From positions 320,001-384,000 of the forward strand of contig CAWDML010000008.1 in the NCBI GenBank assembly GCA_963803435.1: a stretch of 64,000 bases of DNA, written 5' to 3'. The notes beneath the pieces were generated by a model, which did not search any database, was not told the origin of the DNA, and worked only from the letters and a program-made list of their open reading frames with translations. This DNA comes from an uncultured delta proteobacterium. Its GTDB lineage: Bacteria; Myxococcota; Kuafuiibacteriia; Kuafuiibacteriales; Kuafuiibacteriaceae. Positions within the stretch are counted from its first letter, which is position 1, and each line of letters opens with the position of its first letter. Below are positions 19,033-26,028 of this stretch, one piece after another. Made by a program: the position numbers and the translations under genes.

Positions 19033-20177
19033 GTGCCGGCGGATCTGTTCAACCCGACCGAGGAACACCGGATGCTTCGGGCGATGGTGGCCGACTTCAC
19101 GAAGCAGGAGGTGGAGCCGCAGGCGGAGCAGTTCGACCGGGAGCAGCGGCTGAATCTGGACCTGTTTCGCCGGCTGGCAGACCTCGGGCTCCTCGGGATC
19201 ACCGTCCCGGAGGAGGAGGGCGGCGCCGGGATGGACGCGGTCGCGGCGGTCATCGTCCACCACGAGCTCTCGAAGTCCGATCCGGGCTTCTGCCTCGCCT
19301 ACCTCGCCCACGCGATGCTCTTCGTGAACAACTTCTACTGGTGCGTCGAACGCCGAGCAGCGCGAGCGTTATCTCCCCAAGGTCCTGACCGGCGAGTGGG
19401 TCGCGGGCATGGGCATGACCGAGCCCGGCCACGGCACCGACGTGCTCGGCATGAAGACGACCGCCGTCAAGAAAGGGCAACCGTTATCTATTGAATGGAA
19501 CCAAGACGTACATCACGAACGGATCCGAGGGCTACTGTTCCTGGTGTACGCGAAGGTCGACGGTCGGATCACCGCGATGGTGGTGGACCGGAGCATGCCG
19601 GGCTTCTCGACTTCGCAGCCGATCGACAAGATGGGGATGCGCGGCCAGCACGATGAGCGAGCTGATCTTCGAGGATTGCGAGGTGCCGCTCGAGAACATC
19701 CTCGGCGAGGAGCGCAGGGGAACCGTGCACATGATGCGGAACCTCGAGATCGAGCGGTTGACGCTGGCCTCGATGAGCCTCGGCATCGCCGATCGTTGCC
19801 TCGAGATCATGGTCCACTACGCGCGCGATCGGACCGCGTTCGGCGAGCCGATCGACCGCTTCGGACAGATCCAGCGCTACATCGGCGAGGGCTACGCGAT
19901 GACCGAGGCGGCGCGGGCGTTGATCTACAACGTGGCGCGGTCCGTCGGTCCCGGCCATCGCAATCGCGTGGGCTGCGACGCGGCCAAGCTCTTCGCTGCG
20001 CCCGTCGGGAAGACGCTCGCCGACTACGCGATGCAGGTGATGGGCGGCGCCGGCTACTGCAGCGAGTACCCGATCGAGCGCCTCTAGCGGGACGCCAAGT
20101 TGCTCGAGATCGGCGGCGGGACGCTGGAGAGTCACCAGAAGAACCTGACCAAGGACCTCACGCGTCTGTACGGATGA
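19033..20177 (+). pseudogene. Acyl-CoA dehydrogenase (isovaleryl-CoA dehydrogenase-like), disrupted
   Basis: Continuous ACAD motifs (GMTEP..GTD, NGTKTYITNG, KMGMRGS, IGGGT.E) are split by apparent indels near 19345, 19474, 19538 and 19646, and by an in-frame TAG at 20085 where RLWRDAKL is expected. Confidence 0.85.
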
Positions 20178-22473
20178 GCGGGGGCAGGCTCTTCTTGAAG
20201 AGGCGCTCGTGGGCCGCGCGGGCCCGCTCCGAGAGCTCGCGCTCCGGGAGGTCGAGGAGGTCTCGGCTGCTCTCGCCCGGCGCGACCAGATGCTCCAGCG
20301 CGACGCGTCCCGCGAAGCCCTCTGGGCTGAACGGCTGGACCTCGGCGAGCGCCAGGAAGTGCACCAGCGCGATCCGGGGCTGTCCCGATCGCGCGACCTC
20401 CGCCAGATAGGCGGAGAGCTCCGCGGCGGCGAACGTGATCGCCTCCTCGGAGTATTGGGCCATCTCGCGCTCGAGCTCGGCGGGGTGTGTCAGATCCTTC
20501 CCGTCGATCACATGCTGGAGCTCGTGCGCCTCCACCTTGCGGGCGAGGATCTCGACGGCGGCGGCGTCGACGACCTCGGCCAGCTGCCCGCACTGCGGCG
20601 CGTCCTGGACGAAGCAGTCGAGCCGCGCCTCGAGGACCGGCCGCCAGCGCGTCGGGGTGAGACCCAGGAGCGCCGCGGTGGCGCGCGTCAGGTCGCCCGT
20701 CAGCAGCTCCCGATGGAGGCCGTAGATTTCTTGCACCCGGCTGTCCTGGAGCCCGGCCAGCGCCGGGCCCACGTCGTTGAGCCAGTAGTCGCGGACCACG
20801 TCGATGACGATCATGCCGTGGTGCTCGTTCTGTCGCGTCCACCCGAGGCGCGCGTCGAGGATGCTCGTCCGATCGACCCTGCTCAGCCACAGCGCGGTGT
20901 AGCCGCTGAACCGCTCCTGGGCGTGACGAACCCGCTCGATCCGGTAGCTCTTCACGTAGAGGTAGGGGAGGTTGGCGCCGCCGCGGCGGACCGGGACGAT
21001 GTCGACGTCGACGTAGAAGGGGATGCCGTTGTCTCTCGCGACGTCGTTGAGATCGCCGATCGCCCGGGTGAGCGCCCGCCGCTGATTGCTCACGTCGATG
21101 ACCAGCGGCGCCAGCGCCTCGATGCGGCGGGCCAGGTCGGGGGCGGGTGAGGCCACGCCGGCCGCATCGGAGACGGCCCGGCGCAACCGCCGGTCGCGCC
21201 CCGCGTACTCAACCCCGCCGGAGGCGATGCCGATGCGGGGGAGGCGTCGCTGATAGAGCTCGATCATCCACGGCTCGGCGGCGTGGAGGGGCCACTTCTC
21301 CGGGGTCGGGAGGGAGAGGACGCGGACCAGGCCGACCAGCGCGAGCAGCGCGACCAGGCCGGCCAGCGCGGACAGCTCGAGGTTCCGCCCGCGCCCGAGG
21401 AAGTGGATCGTCCGCGAGACGCGCGGCGGCAGAGCAGCGACAGGATCGCGGTCGTCGATCAGCTGGCGCTTCATCCGGAGCAGCAGCTCCGTCCGGGAGA
21501 CCGGCGGCGGATGCTCGTGGCGCACGTCCTCCAGCAGCGTCCGGAAGCGGCGCCGGACCAAGCGCCGGAGCATACGGCGATAGCTCGCGGTGCGCCGGCG
21601 CATCCGGAGCATCCCGGAGGCGAGCGCCTCCTCGAGGACGCCGTAGAGGAGGTCGTCGCGGAGCAGGCGCGTCGGGCGGGGGACCTCCGTGCCGAGCGGA
21701 TCCGACAGCTGCGCCAGGGAGGCGACGATCGAGAAGCCGACGGCCAGGGAGAAGGAGACGAAGAGCGCGGCGCCGCGCAGTCCGAGGAGCAGCAGCGCGC
21801 CGTTCTCGTACGCGATGGCGCCTTTGAATCCGACGGTCACGATCACGCCGGCCGGGATCCCGATGGCCCAGCCGATCGCCGCCGCCTGCTGCGTCGGCTT
21901 CTGCAAGCTGGCCTGCACTGCGTAGCCTGCCACCCCGATCACCAGCACGGAGGTGGTCGGCGAGTCCGAGAGCAGCGCCAGCGCGGTCGAGGCCGAGAGC
22001 ATCGCCAGCAGGATCGAGGGCCCACGCGGGTGGCGCCCGGCAAACGGGCCGGTGCGCCAGCCGATCGCGGCCGCCGCCAGCGCGGTCGAGATCGGGAAGA
22101 GCAACCCGCGCGCGGCGAACGACTTGGGGAAGAGGATCAGCAGATCGCCGGAAGCGTGCGGGTCGGAGAGGATCGCGAGCGTGACGACGGCGACCACCGC
22201 GAGCGCGGCGACCGCCTTGTCGAGGCGGGGCCGCCCGAGGTGGGAGAGCGACAGGAGCGCGATCCCCCCCAAGGCCTGCAGGATCGCCGGCTGGACGGAC
22301 TCTCCGATCGAGAGCAGATGCCAGTACCAGACGGCGCCGGAGGCCTCGTGCTCGATGGGGAGAAAGAGCGCCACGATCGCCAGAACGCCGGCCCAGCCCA
22401 GCACGCGGTCGAACGGATCGCGGATGCCCGCCAGCTCCGGGTCGATGTAAGGCACGATCGCCCGCTCGGCCAT
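20158..22473 (-). CDS. Hypothetical multi-pass membrane protein with C-terminal HExxH motif
   Basis: About 9-10 TM segments, then a soluble domain containing AHELQH and a downstream AELSAY. Confidence 0.65.
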   Translation of the reverse strand: MAERAIVPYIDPELAGIRDPFDRVLGWAGVLAIVALFLPIEHEASGAVWYWHLLSIGESVQPAILQALGGIALLSLSHLGRPRLDKAVAALAVVAVVTLAILSDPHASGDLLILFPKSFAARGLLFPISTALAAAAIGWRTGPFAGRHPRGPSILLAMLSASTALALLSDSPTTSVLVIGVAGYAVQASLQKPTQQAAAIGWAIGIPAGVIVTVGFKGAIAYENGALLLLGLRGAALFVSFSLAVGFSIVASLAQLSDPLGTEVPRPTRLLRDDLLYGVLEEALASGMLRMRRRTASYRRMLRRLVRRRFRTLLEDVRHEHPPPVSRTELLLRMKRQLIDDRDPVAALPPRVSRTIHFLGRGRNLELSALAGLVALLALVGLVRVLSLPTPEKWPLHAAEPWMIELYQRRLPRIGIASGGVEYAGRDRRLRRAVSDAAGVASPAPDLARRIEALAPLVIDVSNQRRALTRAIGDLNDVARDNGIPFYVDVDIVPVRRGGANLPYLYVKSYRIERVRHAQERFSGYTALWLSRVDRTSILDARLGWTRQNEHHGMIVIDVVRDYWLNDVGPALAGLQDSRVQEIYGLHRELLTGDLTRATAALLGLTPTRWRPVLEARLDCFVQDAPQCGQLAEVVDAAAVEILARKVEAHELQHVIDGKDLTHPAELEREMAQYSEEAITFAAAELSAYLAEVARSGQPRIALVHFLALAEVQPFSPEGFAGRVALEHLVAPGESSRDLLDLPERELSERARAAHERLFKKSLPPLIRTDA

Positions 22474-22510
22474 CCCGGAGGTCGGACAACCGCGGCGGGC
22501 CGAAGGTTCC

Positions 22511-23956
22511 ATGCGCGTCGTGGCGTCGATCCTCTGCGTGGCCGCGTGCGGCGAGTTGCCGCCGCTCGGCGATGCCGGCCTCGGTCAGGACGGGGGCTCG
22601 GTCGACGCGAGCGTGGCCGACGCCGAGACTCCCGACGCCCGCGCGCCGCCGGTGCCGCTCGTCACGGGGTTCGCCGTCGAGACCAGCACGGAGAGCACAC
22701 TGGCGGCCTGGGCGGTCGTCGAGACCCGCACCGCCGTCGCGGTCGAGATCGCTGTTACCAGCACAGCGTCGGTCGAGCGACGCTCGCGGCGAAGCGCCCC
22801 GGCGACCTCGCACCGGCTCCCGCTGGTCGCGCTTCACCCGCGCACGGAGTACACACTGCGCGCGATCGCGGATCCCGACGGTGCCGCCGAGTCGAGCGCA
22901 CCGCTCGCGTTCACCACGGGGTCGCTGCCGGCGGGGCTCCCCAATCTCGCGCTCGACCTCGCCGATCCCTCGCGCGTCGCCCCGGGCATCACGTTCTTCG
23001 GCGCCGGTCTCACCGCTGACCCGAGCCGCCCCCTCTTCGTCGGTGTCGACGAGGCGGGGCGGGTGGTGTGGTACTGGACCCCCGACCGCACCATGGCGCA
23101 GGTGACGCCCGAGCTCCGGCCGCTCCCCGGCGGCGAGCTCCTCCTCCTCTTGGAGAACGAGCTGCGCGTGATCGACGTGATGGGCCGCCCGGTCCGTTCT
23201 CTTCACGTCGATTACCACCACGACGCGCTCCCCCTCGGCGATCACTTCCTGGTGCTCGGTCGTGAGACCCGCACCGTCGACGTGCCCGATCTCGGCGGCG
23301 AGGTCGGCGTCGTGGGCGACACGATCCTCGAGGTCGACGGCGCCGGCGACACCGTTTGGCGCTGGTCGGCCTTCGATCACCTCGACGCGACCCGCTTCCC
23401 GGACGCGCTCTCGAGGACGCTCGTCCACGGCGTCTACGACTGGACCCACGCCAACGCGCTCCTCCTCGACGACGAGGGCCGCTCGATCCTGATCTCGCTC
23501 CGCCATCAACACTGGATCGTGAAGATCGATCGCAGCAGCGGCGACGTCGTCTGGCGGCTCGGGCCCGAGGGCGACTTCACCCTGGCCGGTGGCGAGTGGT
23601 TCTACGCCCAGCACGCGCCCGAGCTGCGTCCCGGCGGCCAGCTCCTGGTCTACGACAACGGCACGGCGCGCCCGGGCGGCGAGGAGTACAGCCGGGCCGC
23701 GCTCTACGGCCTCGATCCCGGAGCGGGCTCCGCCGTGGAGCTGTGGTCATACCGCACGCCCCACTTCACGCACTTCATCGGTGACGTCGACACGCTCCCG
23801 GACGGGCACATCCTGGTCACCGCCGGCGGCATCCGCGACGGGCCGCCTCAGGCCCAGCTCATCGAGGTGACGGAGGACCCGGCGCCGGTCGAGGTCTGGC
23901 GGCTGTCGCTTTCGGCGCTCGTGTATCGCGCGACGCGGATCGCGGACTTTCGCTAG
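22511..23956 (+). CDS. Aryl-sulfate sulfotransferase (ASST) family lipoprotein
   Basis: Lipobox VAAC, N-terminal Ig-like domain, HHD, DWTHANAL, LISLRHQ, WRLG, FYAQHAPE, YDNG, YRA.RI. Confidence 0.88.
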   Translation: MRVVASILCVAACGELPPLGDAGLGQDGGSVDASVADAETPDARAPPVPLVTGFAVETSTESTLAAWAVVETRTAVAVEIAVTSTASVERRSRRSAPATSHRLPLVALHPRTEYTLRAIADPDGAAESSAPLAFTTGSLPAGLPNLALDLADPSRVAPGITFFGAGLTADPSRPLFVGVDEAGRVVWYWTPDRTMAQVTPELRPLPGGELLLLLENELRVIDVMGRPVRSLHVDYHHDALPLGDHFLVLGRETRTVDVPDLGGEVGVVGDTILEVDGAGDTVWRWSAFDHLDATRFPDALSRTLVHGVYDWTHANALLLDDEGRSILISLRHQHWIVKIDRSSGDVVWRLGPEGDFTLAGGEWFYAQHAPELRPGGQLLVYDNGTARPGGEEYSRAALYGLDPGAGSAVELWSYRTPHFTHFIGDVDTLPDGHILVTAGGIRDGPPQAQLIEVTEDPAPVEVWRLSLSALVYRATRIADFR

Positions 23957-24022
23957 GAGCGTGTAGCGCGTAAGCGCTCACGCGACCCCGGTCCGGGTCC
24001 CGGTCCCGGTCCGGGTCCCGAT
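23953..24022 (+). repeat. Left terminal inverted repeat, including a (GGTCCC/GGTCCG)n hexamer tract
   Basis: CTAGGAGCGTGTAGCGCGTAAGCGCTCACGCGACCCCGGTCCGGGTCCCGGTCCCGGTCCGGGTCCCGAT. By manual alignment it matches the reverse complement of 24766-24834 with 1 indel and 4 mismatches. Confidence 0.93.
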
Positions 24023-24078
24023 CTGAAGATGGCTGCCTTGAGTCAGACGCTCGCGACGGTCGCGAGCTTCGATCGGTA

Positions 24079-24250
24079 GGTGAAGTGGGGATGACTTTCT
24101 CCAGCCAGCACCCGGAATGGAATGTCTTCGTAGGTCGCCCGCGCGATCCTCCGCGACGAATAGATGCCGGTGCAGTAGGCGTACAGAAGCAGCGCGATCA
24201 TCATTCGAGGCGAGTACGGTCGCTCGCCTCGCGGGTCCTTCTCGGAGTCC
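24079..24250 (-). pseudogene. IS1182-family transposase N-terminal (DUF772) fragment
   Basis: DPRGERPYSPRMMIALLLYAYCTGIYSSRRIARATYEDIPFRVLAGESHPHFT. Similarity stops abruptly and there is no DDE domain. Confidence 0.85.
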
Positions 24251-24391
24251 AAGAACGGTATTGCTTCGCCACGAAACCATGGGATCAAGTCCAGGCGTCG
24301 AAGTCGATCCGCCCAACGATCGATTCCAGACGAAACGACCTCCAAGAACTTCTGCTGGTCAAAGTAGACGAGCTACCGCAAGCTAGCTTGC

Positions 24392-24760
24392 ATGGTCACT
24401 TTCGATCACGAGAAGCTCGAGGTCTACCAGCTCGCCGTCGAGTATGCCGACATCGCTGAAGAGATCGCACAAGAACTGCAACCCGGTCACGCTCACGTCC
24501 GCGATCAGCTTCGGCGTGCATCCGATTCCATCGTGAACAACACCGCCGAGGGCGCCGGAGAGTTCAATCCACCTGAGAAGGCTCGCTTCTACCGGATGGC
24601 ACTTCGCTCTGGCACCGAAAGCGCCGCCTCACTCCACACCTGCTTGAGGCGCCGACTCGCCAACGAGCAGAAGGTCCAAGCCGCCAGAGCCAAGCTCAAG
24701 CGCGTTGTCGAGATGCTCACGCGCCTCATCAAGTCGATGAACGCACGCCGGGCTGCATGA
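24392..24760 (+). CDS. Four helix bundle protein (23S rRNA intervening-sequence protein family, Avd-related)
   Basis: FDHEKLEVYQ.A, DQLRRAS.SI..N.AEG.G, ARFY..A..S..E, ..MLTRL motifs; 122 aa. Confidence 0.92.
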   Translation: MVTFDHEKLEVYQLAVEYADIAEEIAQELQPGHAHVRDQLRRASDSIVNNTAEGAGEFNPPEKARFYRMALRSGTESAASLHTCLRRRLANEQKVQAARAKLKRVVEMLTRLIKSMNARRAA

Positions 24761-24765
24761 TCGCC

Positions 24766-24834
24766 ATCGGGACCGGGACCGGGACCGGGACCCGGACCGG
24801 GCTCGCGGTAGCGCTACGCGCTACACGCTCCTAG
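24766..24834 (-). repeat. Right terminal inverted repeat, including a (GGGACC)n hexamer tract
   Basis: ATCGGGACCGGGACCGGGACCGGGACCCGGACCGGGCTCGCGGTAGCGCTACGCGCTACACGCTCCTAG; starts 5 nt after the four-helix-bundle stop. Confidence 0.93.
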
Positions 24835-25973
24835 TCGCCCCAGAGCTGACGGGAGGCGAGCTCCTTCATGATCTCCTCGGTCCCGCCTCCGATCGCGATC
24901 ACCTTGGTCTCGCGATAGATCCGCTCGCACTTGGCCCCCCGGATGTAGCCGGCACCTCCGAGGATCTGCACGGCCTCCTTCGCGCACAGCTCCATGGTCT
25001 GCGTGGCGTTGTTCTTGAGCATGCAGATCTCCGGGATCGGAGAGTCGCCCTGGCCGACGCGCCAGGCGATGTTCTCGAGGAACGCCTTGGTGGCCTGGAT
25101 GTGCATCTGCATGTCGACCAGCTTGTGGCGGATGACCTGCCTCTTGATGAGCGGGCGCCCGAAGGTCTCGCGCTCCCGCGCCCAGGCCAGCGCCTCGTCG
25201 AAGCAGGTGCGGGCGAAGCCGTACGCGTTGGCGGCCAGACCGAGCCGCTCGTTGTTGAAGTTCAGCATCAGGCCGTAGAAGCCTTGGTTGAGCTCGCCGA
25301 TCTGGTTCTCGACGGGGACGCGGCAGTCGTCGAAGTAGAGCGTCGCGGTGTCGGAGGCCCACCAGCCCATCTTCTTGAGCGGCGTGCGCGAGAGGCCCGG
25401 CGTATCGCCGTCGATCAGGAGGAGCGAGATCCCACCCATGCCCTCGCCGCCGGTTCGCACCGCGACGGTGAGGTAGTCTGCGCGCATCCCCGAGGTGATG
25501 AACGTCTTCGAGCCGTTGACCACCCAATGATCGCCGTCCCGCCGGGCCGTCGTCTTGAGGTTCGCGACGTCCGATCCGCCGGAGGGCTCGGTCACTGCCA
25601 GCGCCGCGATCTTCTCTCCCGAGAGCACCTGGGGCAGCACGCGCGCCTTGAGCGCTTCGCTCCCCAGCGCGGCCACCGGCGGCGTGGCGATGGTGTGGCT
25701 CATGAGGCCGGCGTTGAGGCCGCCGCTCCCTGCGCGCGCCAGCTCTTCGCACGCGACGATCACGTAGAACGGATCTGCGGGCGTCCCGCCGTACTCCTCC
25801 GGAAATCCGAGGCCCAAGAGCCCGACCTCGGCGGCCTTCCGGTAGAGCTCGCGCGGAAACGCCTCGGCTTCGTCCCATTGGTCGACGAACGGGGCGATCT
25901 CGCGGTCCACGAAGCGGCGCAGGGACGCACGGAAGGCTCGGTGCTGCTCCTCGTAAAACGGGCTATCTTCCAC
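24831..25973 (-). CDS. Acyl-CoA dehydrogenase
   Basis: GTG 25973. AVTEPSGGSDV, NGSKTFITSG, KMGW.ASDT, FNNERL, IGGGTEEIM. Confidence 0.93.
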   Translation of the reverse strand: MEDSPFYEEQHRAFRASLRRFVDREIAPFVDQWDEAEAFPRELYRKAAEVGLLGLGFPEEYGGTPADPFYVIVACEELARAGSGGLNAGLMSHTIATPPVAALGSEALKARVLPQVLSGEKIAALAVTEPSGGSDVANLKTTARRDGDHWVVNGSKTFITSGMRADYLTVAVRTGGEGMGGISLLLIDGDTPGLSRTPLKKMGWWASDTATLYFDDCRVPVENQIGELNQGFYGLMLNFNNERLGLAANAYGFARTCFDEALAWARERETFGRPLIKRQVIRHKLVDMQMHIQATKAFLENIAWRVGQGDSPIPEICMLKNNATQTMELCAKEAVQILGGAGYIRGAKCERIYRETKVIAIGGGTEEIMKELASRQLWGD

Positions 25974-26028
25974 GAATTCGCCACATAGCATGGTCCCATG
26001 TATGCTGGCAGGCCCTGGAGGCGCTGAC

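Larger units (their letters stand above)
23953..24834. mobile_element. Non-autonomous inverted-repeat-bounded cassette (MITE/transporter-IS-like) carrying a four-helix-bundle gene and an IS1182-type transposase fragment
   Basis: ~70-bp terminal inverted repeats with CTAG at both ends; interior visibly more A/T-rich than the flanks; sits exactly between two convergent stop codons. Confidence 0.75.

Noticed and set aside
20085-20087. Amber read-through or genetic-code reassignment
   Set aside because: TAG is a normal stop in many genes here (e.g. 4144, 23956, 40426), no pyl genes are seen, and the same gene has four other lesions.
23985-24800. CRISPR array or coding (GT/GP)n repeat
   Set aside because: These are hexamer tandem repeats without spacers and with no cas genes. 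ORFs crossing them (e.g. 23978-24316) are translation by-products.
23953-24834. Diversity-generating retroelement suggested by the Avd-related gene
   Set aside because: No reverse transcriptase and no template/variable repeat pair differing at adenines were seen in the window.
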